Shown: positions 1 through 15,531, numbered from the stretch's first letter. The stretch is 64,000 bases of DNA from the human T2T-CHM13v2.0 reference genome, Homo sapiens (GCF_009914755.1 NC_060933.1), one strand, 5' to 3'. Translations and numbers: made by a program. The notes: generated by a model from the sequence alone, not told the origin.

Positions 1-944
1 ATGGAATGGAATGGAATGGAATGGAATGGAATGGAATCAACCCGAGTGCAATGGAATGGAGTGGAATGGAATGGAATGGAATGGAACAACCCGAATGGAA
101 TGGAATGTAATGGAGAGTAAGGGAGTTGAATAGAATCAATCCGAATGTAATGGAATGGAACGGAATGGAATGGAATGGAATGGAATGGAATGGAATGGAA
201 TGGAATGGAATGGAATGGAATCAACCCGAGTGCAGGGGAATGGAATGGAATGGAATGCAATGGAATGGAATCATCCGGAATGGAATCGAATGGAATGCAA
301 TGGAATGGAATGGAATGGAATCAACCCGAGTGCAATGGAATGGAGTGAAATGGAATGGAATGGAATGGAAACAACCAGAATGGATTGGAATATAATGGAG
401 TGTAAGGGAATTGAATAGAATCAATCTGAATGTAATGAAATGGAATGGAACGGAATGGAATGGAATGGAATGGAATGGAATGCAATGGAATGGAATTAAC
501 CCGAGTGCAATCGAATGGAATCGAATGCCATGGAATGCAATGGAATGGATTCAACTTGAATGGAATGGAAAGAATGGAATCAACACGAGTGGAACGGCAT
601 GGATTGGAATGGAATGGAATGGAATCAACCCGAGTACAGGGGAATGGAATGGAATGGAATGCAATGGAATGGAATCATCCGTATTGGAATGGAAAGGAAT
701 GGAATGGAATGGAATGGAATGGAATGGAATGGAATGGAATCAACTCGATTGCAATCGAATGGAATGGAATGGAATTAACCGAATAGAATGGAATGGAATG
801 GAATGGAACGGAACGGAATGGAATGGAATGGAATGGAATGGAATGGAATGGAACGGAAAGGAAGGGAATGGAATGGAATAGAATGGAATGGAATGGAATC
901 AACGCGAGTGCAGGGGAATGGAATGGAATGGAATGCAATGGAAT

Positions 945-3900
945 GGAATCTTCCGGAATGGAATGGAATGGAATGGAATGGAATGGAATGGAATGGAATC
1001 AACCCGAGTGCAATGGAATGCAGTGGAATGGAATGGAATGGAATGGAACAACCCGAATGGAATGGAATGTAATGGAGAGTAAGGGAGTTGAATAGAATCA
1101 ATCCGAATGTAATGGAATTGAATGGAACGGAATGGAATTGAATGGAATGGAATGGAATGCAATGGAATGGAATCAACCCGAGTGCAATGGAAAGGAGAGG
1201 AATGGAATGGAATGGAATGGAACAAACCGAATGGAATGGAATGTAATGGAGAGTAAGGGAGTTGAATAGAATCAATCCGAATGTAATGGAATGGAATGGA
1301 ACGGAATGGAATTGAATGGAATGGAATGGAATGCAATGTAATGGAATCAACCCGAGTGCAATGGAAAGGAGAGGAATGGAATGGAATGGAATGGAAACTA
1401 CCCGAATGGAATGGAATGTAATGGAGTGTAAGGGAATTGAAAAGATTCAATCCGAATGTAATGGAATGGAATGGAACGGAATGGAATGGAATGGAATGGA
1501 ATGGAATCAACCCGAGTGCAATCGAATGAAATCGAATGGAATGGAATGCAATGGAATGGATTCAACTTGAATGGAATGGAAAGAATGGAATCAACACGAG
1601 TGGAATGGCATGGATTGGAATGGAATGGAATGGAATAAACCCGAGTACAGGGGAATGGAATGGAAAGAATGGAATCAACACGAGTGGAATGGCATGGATT
1701 GGAATGGAATGGAATGGAATCAACCCGAGTACAGGGGAATGGAATGGAATGGAATGCAATGGAACGGAATCATCCGTAATGGAATGGAAAGGAATGGAAT
1801 GGAATGGAATGGAATGGAATGGAATGGAATGGAATGGAATCAACTCGATTGCAATCGAATGGAATGGAATGGAATTAACCCGAATAGAATGGAATGGAAT
1901 GGAATGGAACGGAACGGAATGGAATGGAATGGAATGGAATGGAATGGAATGGAACGGAACGGAATGGAATGGAATGGAATGGATTGGAATGGAATGGAAT
2001 CAACGCGAGTGCAGGGGAATGGAATGGAATGGATTGCAATGGAATGGAATCTTCCGGAATGGAATGGAATGGAATGGAATGGAATGGAATGAAATGCAAT
2101 GGATTCAACTCGATTGCAATGGATTGGAATAGAATGGAATGGAATGGAATGGAATGGAATTAATCCGAATAGAATGGAATGGAATGGAATGGAACGGAAT
2201 GGAACGGAATGGAATGGAATGGAATGGAATGGTATGGAATGGAATGGAATGGTACGGAATAGAATGGAATGGAACGAATTGTAATGGAATGGAATTGAAT
2301 GGAATGGAATGGAATGGAATGGAATGGAATCAACGCGAGTGCAGGGGAATGGAATGGAACGGAATGCAATGGAATGGAATCATCCGGAATGGAATGGAAT
2401 GGAATGGAATGGAATGGAATGGAATGGAATCAACCCGAGTGCAATGGAATGGAGTGGAATGGAATGGAATGGAATGGAACAACCCGAATGGAATGGAATG
2501 TAATGGAGAGAAAGGGAGTTGAATAGAATCAATCCGAATGTAATAGAATGGAATGCAACGGAATGGAATGGAATGGAATGGAATGGAATGGAATGCAATG
2601 GAATGGAATCAACCCGAGTACAATGGAATGGAATGGAATGGAATGGAATTTAATGGAATGGAATGGAATGGAATGGAATGGAATGGAATGGAATTGTTCC
2701 GAGTGGAATAGGAGGGAATGTTTTCGAGTGGAATGGAAAGGAATGGAATCAACCAGAGTGGAATGGAAGGGAATGGAATGGAATGGAAACTAATAGAATG
2801 GAATCAACCCGAGTGGAATGGAATGGAAAGGACTGGAAAGGAATGGAATGGAATGGAATCAACTCGATGGTAATGGAATGGAATGGAATGGAATGGAATG
2901 GAATGGAATGGAATTAACCCGAATAAAATGGAATGGAATGGAATGGAACGGAATGGAGTGGAATGGAATGGAATCAACCCGAGTGCAGGGGAATGGAATG
3001 GAATGGAATGCAATGGAATGGAATCATGCGGAATGGAATGGATTGGAATGGAATGCAAAGCAATGGAATCAACTCGATTGCAATGGAATGGAATGGAATG
3101 GAAAGGAATACATTGGAATGAACCAGAGTGGAATGGAATGGAAAGGACTGGAATGGAGTGGAATGGAATGGAATGGAATGGAATGGAATCAACTCGATTG
3201 GAATGGAATGGAGTGGAATGGAATGGAATGGAATTAACCCGAATAGAATGGAATGTAATGGAATGGAACGGAACGGAATGGAATGGAATGGAATGGAATG
3301 GAATGGAATGGAATGGAATGGAATCAACCCGACTGCAGGGGAATGGAATGGAATGGAATGCAATGGAATGGATTCAACATGAATGGAATGGAAAGAATGG
3401 AATCAACACGAGTGGAATGGCATGGATTGGAATGGAATGGAATGGAATCAACCCGAGTACAGGGGAATGGAATGGAATGGAATGCAATGGAATGGAATCA
3501 TCCGTAATGGAATGGAAAGGAATGGAATGGAATGGAATGGAATGGAATGGAATGGAATGGAATGGAATCAACTCGATTCCAATCGAATGGAATGGAATGG
3601 AATTAACCCGAATAGAATGGAATGGAATGGAATGGAATGGAATGGAATGGAACCGAACGGAACGGAACGGAACGGAACGGAGTGGAATGGAATGGAATTG
3701 TATGGAATGGAATGGCATGGTACGGAATAGAACGGAATGGAAAGAATTGTAATGGAATGGAATCGAATGGAATGGAATGGAATGGAATCGAATCAACCCG
3801 AGTGCAGAGGAATGTAATGGAGCGGAATGCAATGGAATGGAATCATCCGGAATGGAATGGAATGGAATGGAATGGAATGGAATGGAATGGAATGGAATGG

Positions 3901-6900
3901 AATCAACCCGAGTGCAATGGAATGGAGTGGAATGGAATGGAATGGAATGGAACAACCCGAATGGAATGGAATGTAATGGAGAGTAAGGGAGTTGAATAGA
4001 ATCAATCGGAATGTAATGGAATGGAACGGAATGGAATGGAATGGAATGGAATGGAATGGAATGGAATGGAATGCAATGGAATGGAATCAACCCGAGTACA
4101 ATGGAACGGAATGGAATGGAATGGAATGGAATGGAATGGAATGGAATGGAATGGAATCAACCCGAGTGCAATGGAATAGAGAGGAATGGAATGGAATGGA
4201 ATGGAAACTACCCGAATGGAATGGAATGTAATGGAGTGTAAGGGAATTGAATAGAATCAATCCGAATGGAATGGAATGGAATGGAACGGAATGTAATGGA
4301 ATGGAATGGAATGGAATCAACCCGAGTGCAGGGGAATGGAATGGAATGGAATGCAATGGAATGGAATCATCCGGAATGGAATCGAATGGAATGCAATGGA
4401 ATGGAATGGAATGGAATCAACCCGAGTGCAATGGAATGGAGTGAAATGGAATGGAATGGAATGGAAACAACCAGAATGGATTGGAATATAATGGAGTGTA
4501 AGGGAATTGAATAGAATCAATCTGAATGTAATGAAATGGAATGGAACGGAATGGAATGGAATGGAATGCAATGGAATGGAATCAACCCGAGTGCAATCGA
4601 ATGGAATCGAATGCCATGGAATGCAATGGAATGGATTCAACTTGAATGGAAAGGAAAGAATGGAATCAAGACGAGTGGAATGGCATGGATTGGAATGGAA
4701 TGGAATGGAATCAACCCGAGTACAGGGGAATGGAATGGAATGGAATGCAATGGAATGGAATCATCAGTAATGGAATGGAAAGGAATGGAAAGGACTGGAA
4801 TGGAATGGAATGGAATGGAATGGAATGGAATCAACTCGATTGCAATCGAATGGAATGGAATGGAATTAACCCGAATAGAATGGAATGGAATGGAACGGAA
4901 CGGAATGGAATGGAATGGAACGGAACGGAACGGAATGGAATGGAATGGAAAGGAAAGGAATGGAATGGAATGGAATGGAATGGAATGGAATGGAATGGAA
5001 TCAACGCGAGTGCAGGGGAATGGAATGGAATCGAATGGAATGGAAAGGAATGGAATGGAATCAACCCGAGTGCAGGGGAATGTAATGGAACGGAATGCAA
5101 TGGAAAGGAATCATCCGGAATGGAATGGAATGGCATGGAATGGAATGGAATGGAATGGAATCAACCCGAGTGCAATGGAATGGAGTGGAATGGAATGGAA
5201 TGGAATGGAACAACCCGAATGGATTGGAATGTAATGGAGAGTAAGGGAGTTGAAAAGAATCAATCCGAATGGAATGGAATGGAATGGAACGGAATGGAAT
5301 GGAATGGAATGGAATGCAATGGAATGGAATCTTCCGGAATGGAATGGAATGGAATGGAATGGAATGGAATGGAATAGAATGCAATGGATTCAACTGTATT
5401 GCAATGGAATGGAATAGAATGGAATGGAATGGAATGGAATGGAATGGAATGGAATGGAATTAAACCGAATAGAATGGAATGGAATGGAATGGAACGGAAC
5501 AGAACGGAATGGAACGGAATGGAAGGGAACGGAGTGGAATGGAATGGAATGGAATTGTATGGAATGGAATGGAATGGTACGGAATAGAATGGAATGGAAA
5601 GAATTGGAATGGAATGGTATCGAATGGAATGGAATGGAATGGAATGGAATCAACCAGAGTGCAGGGGAATGTAATGGAATGGAATGCAATGGAATGGAAT
5701 CATCCGGAATGGAATGGAATGGAATGGAATGGAATGGAATGGAATCAACCCGAGAGCAATGGAATGGAGTGGAATGGAAAGGAATGCAATGGAACAACCC
5801 GAATGGAATGGAATGTAATGGACAGTAAGGGAGTTGAATAGAATCAATCCGAATGTAATGGAATGGAACGGAATGGAATGGAATGGAATGGAATGGAATG
5901 GAATGGAATGGAATGGAATGGAATGCAATGGAATGGAATCAACCTGAGTACAATGGAACGGAATGGAATGGAATGGAATGGAATGGAATGGAATGGATTG
6001 GAATGGAATGGAATGGAATCAACCCGAGTGCAATGGAATGGAGAGGAATGGAATGGAATGGAATGGAAACTACCCGAATGGAATGGAATGTAATGGAGTG
6101 TAAGGGAATTGAATAGAATCAATCCGAATGGAATGGAATGGAATGGAACGGAATGGAATGGAATGGAATGGAATGGAGTCAACCCGAGTGCAGGGGAATG
6201 GAATGGAATGGAATGCAAAGGAATGGAATCATCCGGAATGGAATGGAATGGAATGCAATGGAATGGAATGGAATGGAATCAACCCGAGTGCAATGGAATG
6301 GAGTGAAATGGAATGGAATGGAATGGAAACAACCAGAATGGATTGGAATATAATGGAGTGTAAGGGAATTGAATAGAATAAATCTGAATGTAATGAAATG
6401 GAATGGAACGGAATGGAATGGAATGGAATGGAATGGAATGGAATGGAATGCAATGGAATGGAATCAATCCGAGTGCAATCGAATGGAATCGAATGGAATG
6501 AAATGCAATGGAATGGATTCAACTTGAATGGAATGGAAAGAATGGAATCAACACGAGTGGAATGGCATGGATTGGAATGGAATGGAATGGAATCAAGCCG
6601 AGTACAGGGGAATGGAATGGAATGGAATGCAATGGAATGGAATCATCCGTAATGGAATGGAAAGGAATGGAATGGAATGGAATGGAATGGAATGGAATGG
6701 AATCAACTCGATTGCAATCGAATGGAATGGAATGGAATTAACCGAATAGAATGGAATGGAATGGAATGGAACGGAACTGAACGGAACGGAATGGAATGGA
6801 ATGGAATGGAATGGAATGGAATGGAATGGAACGGAAAGGAAGGGAATGGAATGGAATAGAATGGAATGGAATGGAATCAACGCGAGTGCAGGGGAATGGA

Positions 6901-9900
6901 ATGGAATGGAATGCAATGGAATGGAATCTTCCGGAATGGAATGGAATGGAATGGAATGGAATGGAATGGAATGGAATCAACCCGAGTGCAATGGAATGGA
7001 GTGGAATGGAATGGAATGGAATGGAACAACCCGAATGGAATGGAATGTAATGGACAGTAAGGGAGTTGAATAGAATCAATCCGAATGAAATGGAATGGAA
7101 TGGAACGGAATGGAATTGAATGGAATGGAATGGAATGGAATGCAATGGAATGGAATCAACCCGAGTGCAACGGAAAGGAGAGGAATGGAATGGAATGGAA
7201 TGGAATGGAATGGAATGGAATGGAATGCAATCGTTCCGAGTGGAATAGGAGGGATGTTTTCGAGTGGAATGGAAAGGAATGGAATCAACCAGAGTGGAAA
7301 GGAAGGGAATGGAATGGAATGGAAACTAATAGAATGGAATCAACACGAGTGGAATGGAATGGAAAGGACTGGAATGGAATGGAATGGAATGGAATCAACT
7401 CGATTGTAATGGAATGGAATGGAATGGAATGGAATGGAATGGAATGGAATCAACCCGAGTGCAATGGAATGGAGTGGAATGGAATGGAATGGAATGGAAC
7501 AACCCGAATGGATTGGAATGTAATGGAGAGTAAGGGAGTTGAAAAGAATCAATCCGAATGGAATGGAATGGAATGGAACGGAATGGAATGGAATGGAATG
7601 GAATGCAATGGAATGGAATGGAATGGAATCCAATGGAATGGAATCTTCCGGAATGGAATGGAATGGAATGGAATGGAATGGAATGGAATGCAATGGATTC
7701 AACTGTATTGCAATGGAATGGAATAGAATGGAATGGAATGGAATGGAATGGAATGGAATTAAACCGAATAGAATGGAATGGAATGGAATGGAACGGAACA
7801 GAACGGAATGGAACGGAACGGAGTGGAATGGAATGGAATGGAATTGTATGGAATGGAATGGAATGGTACGGAATAGAATGGAATGGAAAGAATTGGAATG
7901 GAATGGTATCGAATGGAATGGAATGGAATGGAATGGAATCAACCCGAGTGCAGGGGAATGTAATGGAACGGAATGCAATGGAATGGAATCATCCGGAATG
8001 GAATGGAATGGAATGGAATGGAATGGAATGGAATGGAATCAACCCGAGAGCAATGGAATGGAGTGGAATGGAATGGAATGCAATGGAACAACCCGAATGT
8101 AATGGAATGTAATGGAGGGTAAGGGAGTTGAATAGAATCAATCCGAATGTAATGGAATGGAACGGAATGGAATGGAATGGAATGGAATGGAATGGAATGG
8201 AATGCAATGGAATGGAATCAACCCGAGTACAATGGAACGGAATGGAATGGAATGTAATGGAATGGAATGGAATGGAATGGAATGGAATGGAATCAACCCG
8301 AGTGCAATGGAATGGAGAGGAATGGAATGGAATGGAATGGAAACTACCCGAATGGAATGGAATGTAATGGAGTGTAAGGGAATTGAATAGAATCAATCCG
8401 AATGGAATGGAATGGAATGGAACGGAATGTAATGGAATGGAATGGAATGGAGTCAAACCGAGTGCAGGGGAATGGAATGGAATGGAATGCAATGGAATGG
8501 AATCATCCGGAATGGAATGGAATGGAATGCAATGGAATGGAATGGAATGGAATCAACCCGAGTGCAATGGAATGGAGTGAAATGGAATGGAATGGAATGG
8601 AAACAACCAGAATGGATTGGAATATAATGGAGTGTAAGGGAATTGAATAGAACAAATCTGAATGTAATGAAATGGAATGGAACGGAATGGAATGGAATGG
8701 AATGGAATGGAATGGAATGGAATGGAATCAACCCGACTGCAGGGGAATGGAATGGAATGGAATGCAATGGAATGGATTCAACTTGAATGGAATGGAAAGA
8801 ATGGAATCAACACGAGTGGAATGGCATGGATTGGAATGGAATGGAATGGAATCAACCCGAGTACAGGGGAATGGAATGGAATGGAATGCAATGGAATGGA
8901 ATCATCCGTAATGGAATGGAAAGGAATGGAATGGAATGGAATGGAATGGAATGGAATGGAATCAACTCGATTGCATTCGAATGGAATGGAATGGAATTAA
9001 CCGAATAGAATGGAATGGAATGGAATGGAACGGAACGGAACGGAACGGAATGGAATGGAATGGAATGGAATGGAAAGGAATGGAACGGAAAGGAAGGGAA
9101 TGGAATGGAATAGAATGGAATGGAATGGAATCAACGCGAGTGCAGGGGAATGGAATGGAATGGAATGCAATGGAATGGAATCTTCCGGAATGGAATGGAA
9201 TGGAATGGAATGGAATCAACCCGAGTGCAATGGAATGGAGTGGAATGGAATGGAATGGAATGGAACATCCCGAATGGAATGGAATGTAATGGAGAGTAAG
9301 GGAGTTGAATAGAATCAATCCGAATAAAATGGAATGGAATGGAACGGAATGGAATTGAATGGAATGGAATGGAATGCAATGGAATGGAATCAACCCGAGT
9401 GCAATGGAAAGGAGAGGAATGGAATGGAATGGAATGGAATGGAATGGAATGGAATGGAATGGAATGCAATCGTTCCGAGTGGAATAGGAGGGATGTTTTC
9501 GAGTGGAATGGAAAGGAATGGAATCAACCAGAGTGGAGAGGAATGTAATGGAATGGAATGGAATGGAATGGAATGGAATGGAATGGAATGCAATCGTTCC
9601 GAGTGGAATAGGAGGGATGTTTTCGAGTGGAATGGAAAGGAATGGAATCAACCAGAGTGGAAAGGAAGGGAATGGAATGGAATGGAAACTAATAGAATGG
9701 AATCAACACGAGTGGAATGGAATGGAAAGGACTGGAATGGAATGGAATGGAATGGAATCAACTCGATTGTAATGGAATGGAATGGAATGGAATGGAATGG
9801 AATTAACCCGAATACAATGGAATGGAATGGAATGGAACGGAATGGAGTGGAATGGAATGGAATCAACCCGAGTGCAGGGGAATGGAATGGAATGGAATGC

Positions 9901-12900
9901 AATGGAATGGAATCATCCGGAATGGAATGGAATGGAATGGAATGCAAAGCAATGGAATCAACTCGATTGCAATGGAATGGAATGGAATGGAAAGGAATAC
10001 ATTGGAATCAACCCGAGAGGAATGGAATGGAAAGGACTGGAATGGAGTGGAATGGAATGGAATGGATTGGAATGGAATCAACTCGATTGGAATGGAATGG
10101 AATGGAATGGAATGGAATGGAATTAACCCGAATAGAATGGAATGGAATGGAATGAAACGGAACGGTATGGAATGGAATGGAATGGAATGGAATGGAATGG
10201 AATGGAATCAACCCGACTGCAGGGGAATGGAATGGAATGGAATGCAATGGAAAGAATTCAACTTGAATGGAATGGAAAGAATGGAATCAACACGAGTGGA
10301 ATGGCATGGATTGGAATGGAATGGAATGGAATCAACCCGAGTACAGGGGAATGGAATGGAATGGAATGCAATGGAATGGAATCATCCGTAATGGAATGGA
10401 AAGGAATGGAATGGAATGGAATGGAATGGAATGGAATGGAATGGAATCAACTCGATTGCAATCGAATGGAATGGAATGGAATTAACCCGAATAGAATGGA
10501 ATGGAATGGAATGGAACGGAAAGGAACGGAACGGAACGGAGTGGAATGGAATGGAATGGAATTGTATGGAATGGAATGGCATGGTACGGAATAGAATGGA
10601 ATGGAAACAATTGGAATGGAATGGAATCGAATGGAATGGAATGGAATGGAATCAACCCGAGTGCAAGGGAATGTAATGGAACGGAATGCAATGGAATGGA
10701 ATCATCCGGAATGGAATGGAATGGAATTGAATGGAATGGAATGGAATGGAATCAACCCGAGTGCAATGGAATGGAGTGGAATGGAATGGAATGGAATGGA
10801 ACAACCCGAATGGAATGGAATGTAATGGAGAGTAAGGGAGTTGAATAGAATCAATCCGAATGTAATGGAATGGAACGGAATGGAATGGAATGCAATGGAA
10901 TGGAATCAACCCGAGTACAATGGAACGGAATGGAATGGAATGTAATGTAATGGAATGGAATAGAATGGAATGGAATGGAATCAACCCGAGTGCAATGGAA
11001 TGGAGAGGAATGGAATGGAATGGAATGGAAACTACCCGAATGGAATGGAATGTAATGGAGTGTAAGGGAATTGAATAGAATCAATCCGAATGGAATGGAA
11101 TGGAATGGAACGGAATGTAATGGAATGGAATGGAATGGAATCAACCCGAGTGCAGGGGAATGGAATGGAATGGAATGGAATGGAATGGAATGGTATGGAA
11201 TGGAATGGAATGGTACGGAATAGAATGGAATGGAACGAATTGTAATGGAATGGAATTGAATGGAATGGAATGGAATGGAATGGAATCAACGCGAGTGCAG
11301 GGGAATGTAATGGAACGGAATGCAATGGAATGGAATCATCCGGAATGGAATGGAATGGAATGCAATGGAATGGAATGGAATGGAATCAACCCGAGTGCAA
11401 TGGAATGGAGTGAAATGGAATGGAATGGAAACAACCAGAATGGATTGGAATATAATGGAGTTTAAGGGAATTGAAAATAATCAATCTGAATGTAATGAAA
11501 TGGAATGGAACGGAATGGAATGGAATGGAATGGAATGGAATGCAATGGAATGGAATCAACCCGAGTGCAATCGAATGGAATCGAATGCAATGGAATGCAA
11601 TGGAATGGATTCAACTTGAATGGAAAGGAAAGAATGGAATCAACACGAGTGGAATGGCATGGATTGGAATGGAATAGAATGGAATCAACCCGAGTACAGG
11701 GGAATGGAATGGAATGGAATGCAATGGAATGGAATCATCAGTAATGGAATGGAAAGGAATGGAAAGGACTGGAATGGAATGGAATGGAATGGAATGGAAT
11801 GGAATGGAATCAACTCGATTTCAATCGAATGGAATGGAATGGAATTAACCCGAATAGAATGGAACGGAATGGAATGGAATGGAACGGAATGGAATGGAAT
11901 GGAATGGAATGGAATGGAACGGAAAGGAATGGAATGGAATGGAATGGAATGGAATGGAATGGAATGGAATCAACGCGAGTGCAGGGGAATGTAATGGAAC
12001 GGAATGTAATGGAATGGAATCATCCGGAATGGAATGGAATGGAATGGAATGGAATCAACCCGAGTGCAATGGAATGGAGTGGAATGGAATGGAATGGTAT
12101 GGAACAAACCGAATGGAATGGAATGTAATGGAGAGTAAGGGAGTTGAAAAGAATCAATCCGAATGGAATGGAACGGAATGGAATGGAATGGAATGGAATG
12201 GAATGGAATGCAATGGAATGGAATCAACCCGAGTACAATGGAATGGAATGGAATGGAATGGAATGGAATGGAATGGAATGGAATGGAATGCAATGCAATG
12301 GAATGGAATCTTCCGGAATGGAATGGAATGGAATGCAATGGAATGGAATGGAATGGAATGCAATGGAATGGAATCAACCCGAGTGCAATGGAATGGAGAG
12401 GAATGGAATGGAATGGAATGGAAACTACCCGAATGGAATGGAATGTAATGGAGTGTAAAGGAATTGAATAGAATCAATCCGAATGTAATGGAATGGAATG
12501 GAACGGAATGGAATGGAATGCAATGGAATGGAATGGAATGGATTGCAATGGAATTTAATCAACCCGAGTGCAATCGAATGGAATCGAATGGAATGGAATG
12601 CAATGGAATGGATTCAACTTGAATGGAATGGAAAGAATGGAATCAACACGAGTGGAATGGCATGGATTGGAATAGGAATGGAATGGAATCAACCCGAGTA
12701 CAGGGGAATGGAATGGAATGGAATGCAATGGAATGGAATCATCCGTAATGGAATGGAAAGGAATGGAATGGAATGGAATGGAATGGAATGGAATGTTAGG
12801 GAATGGAATCAACTCGATTGCAATCGAATGGAATGGAATGGAATTAACCGGAATAGAATGGAATGGAATGGAATGGAACGGAACGGAATGGAATGGAATG

Positions 12901-13024
12901 GAATGGAATGGAATGGAACGGAACGGAATGGAATGGAATGGAATGGAATGGAATGGAATGGAATCAACGCGAGTGCAGGGGAATGGAATGGAATGGAATG
13001 CAATGGAATGGAATCTTCCGGAAT
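945..13024 (+). promoter_or_regulatory. Eight perfect 3-unit heat-shock-element matches GGAATCTTCCGGAAT (945, 2046, 5326, 6923, 7640, 9177, 12305, 13010)
   Basis: Exact match to the HSF consensus nGAAnnTTCnnGAAn. The motif match is direct, but function at these sites is untested. Confidence 0.5.
5160..9790 (+). repeat. ~2.3-kb tandem duplication in type A
   Basis: Paired rare variants: CAACTGTATT 5391/7700, TAAACCGAAT 5461/7760, GGTATCGAA 5616/7905, CCCGAGAGCAA 5749/8043, TCGTTCCGAG..GGGATGTTTTCGAG 7231/9470. Confidence 0.85.
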
Positions 13025-15526
13025 GGAATGGAATGGAATGGAATGGAATGGAATGAAATGCAATGGATTCAACTCGATTGCAATGGAATGGAATAGAATG
13101 GAATTGAATGGAATGGAATGGAATTAATTCGAATAGAATGGAATGGAATGGAATGGAACGGAATGGAACGGAATGGAATGGAATGGAATGGAATGGTATG
13201 GAATGGAATGGAATGGTACGGAATAGAATGGAATGGAACGAATTGTAATGGAATGGAATTGAATGGAATGGAATGGAATCAACGCGAGTGCAGGGGAATG
13301 TAATGGAACGGAATGCAATGGAATGGAATCATCCGGAATGGAATGGAATGGAATGGAATGGAATGGAATGGAATCAACCCGAGTGCAATGGAATGGAGTG
13401 GAATGGAATGGAATGGAATGGAACAACCAGAATGGAATGGAATGTAATGGAGAGTAAGGGAGTTGAATAGAATCAATCCGAAAGTAATGGAATGGAATGC
13501 AACGGAATGGAATGGAATAGAATGGAATGGAATGCAATGGAATGGAATCAACCCGAGTACAATGGAATGGAATGGAATGGAATAGAATGGAATGGAATGG
13601 AATGGAATGATACGGAATAGAATGGAATGGAACGAAATGGAATGGAATGGAATGGAATGGAATGGAATGGAATGGAATGGTTCCGAGTGGAATAGGAGGG
13701 AATGTATTCGAGTGGAATGGAAAGGAATGGAATCAACCAGAGTGGAATGGAAGGGAATGGAATGGAATGGAAACTAATAGAATGGAATCAACCCGAGAGG
13801 AATGGAATGGAAAGGACTGGAATGGAATGGAATGTAATGGAATCAACTCGATTGTAATTGAATGGAATGGAATGGAATGGAATGGAATGGAATTAACCCG
13901 AATACAATGGAATGGAATGGAATGGAACGGAATGGAGTGGAATGGAATGGAATCAACCCGAGTGCAGGGGAATGGAATGGAATGGAATGCAATGGAATGC
14001 AATCATCCGGAATGGAATGGAATGGAGTGGAATGCAAAGCAATGGAATCAACTCGATTGCAATGGAATGGAATGGAATGGAAAGGAATACATTGGAATCA
14101 ACCCGAGTGGAATGGAATGGAAAGGACTGGAATGGAGTGGAATGGAATGGAATGGACTGGAATGGAATGGAATGGAATCAACTCGATTGGAATGGAATGG
14201 AATGGAATGGAATTAACCCGAATAGAATGGAATGGAATGGAATGGAATGGAACGGAACGGAACGGAACGGAATGGAATGGAATGGAAAGGAATGGAACGG
14301 AACGGAACGGAATGGAATGGAAAGGAATGGAATGGAAAGGAATCAACGTGAGTGCAGGGGAATGGAATGGAATGGAATGAAATGGAATGGAATCTTACGG
14401 AATGGAATGGAATGGAATGGATTAGAATGGAATGGAATGGAATGGAATGGAATCAACCCGAGTACAGGGGAATGGAATGGAATGTAATGCAATGGAATGG
14501 AATCATCCGTAATGGAATGTAAAGGAATGGAATGGAATGGAATGGAATGGAATGGAATGGAATGCAATGGATTCAACTCGATTGCAATGAAATGGAATAG
14601 AATGGAATGGAATGGAATGGAATGGAATGGAATGGAATTAACCCGAATAGAATGGAATGGAATGGTATGGAACGGAACGGAACGGAACGGAACCGAATGG
14701 AATGGAATGGAATGGAATGGAATGGAATGGAATGGAATTGAATGGAATGGAATGGAATGGTACAGAATAGAATGGAATGGAAAGAATTGGAATGGAATGG
14801 AATCGAATGGAATGGAATGGAATGGAATGGAATGGAATGGAATGGAACCAACCCGAGTGCCATGGAATGGATTGGAATGGAATGGAATGGAATGGAACAA
14901 CCCGAATGGAATGGAATGTAATGGAGAGTAAGGGAGTTGAATAGAATCAATCCGAATGTAATGGAATGGAATGGAACGGAATGGAATGGAATGGAATGGA
15001 ATGGAATGCAATGGAATGGAATCAACCCGAGTACAATGGAATGGAATGGAATGGAATGGAATGGAATGGAATGGAATGGAATGGAATGGAATCAACCCGA
15101 GTGCAATGGAATAGAGAGGAAAGGAATGGAATGGAATGGAAACTACCCGAATGGAATGGAATGTAATGAAGTGTAAGGGAATTGAATAGAATCAATCCGA
15201 ATGGAATGGAATGTAATGGAACGGAATGTAATGTAATGGACTGCAATGGAATCAACCCGAGTGCAGGGGAATGGAATGGAATGGAATGCAATGGAATGGA
15301 ATCATCCGGAATGGAATGGAAAGGAATGGAATGGAATCAACCCGAGTGCAAAGGAATGGAGTGAAATGGAATGGAATGGAATGGAAACAACCAGAATGGA
15401 TTGGAATATAATGGAGTGTAAGGGAATTGAATAGAATCAATCTGAATGTAATGAAATGGAATGGAACGGAAAGGAATGGAATGGAAGGGAATGGAATGGA
15501 ATGCAATGGAATGGAATCAACCCGAG

Positions 15527-15531
15527 TGCAT
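15527..15531. other. Strand-switch junction J1 (GGAAT to ATTCC) at a palindromic TGCA
   Basis: ..GGAATCAACCCGAG-TGCA-TTCCATTGCATTCTGGTTG.. TGCA (15527-15530) can be read as part of either orientation. Confidence 0.95.

Larger units (their letters stand above)
1..15530 (+). repeat. HSat3 block 1, GGAAT on + strand, sequence type A
   Basis: Type A markers: CAACTTGAA..GGAAAGAATGGAATCAACACGAG, GAGAGTAAGGGAGTTGAATAGAATCAATCCGAA, CAACGCGAGTGCAGGGG, GAATCTTCCGGAA, GTTCCGAGTGGAATAGGAGGG. Ends at ..CCCGAGTGCA (15530). Confidence 0.93.

Noticed and set aside
108-147. GAGAGTAAGGGAGTTGAATAGAATCAATCCGAA islands (and GTTCCGAGTGGAATAGGAGGG) as inserted elements or telomere-like repeats
   Set aside because: They stay in 5-bp register and read as decayed pentamers. 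There are no terminal repeats, target duplications or TTAGGG arrays.
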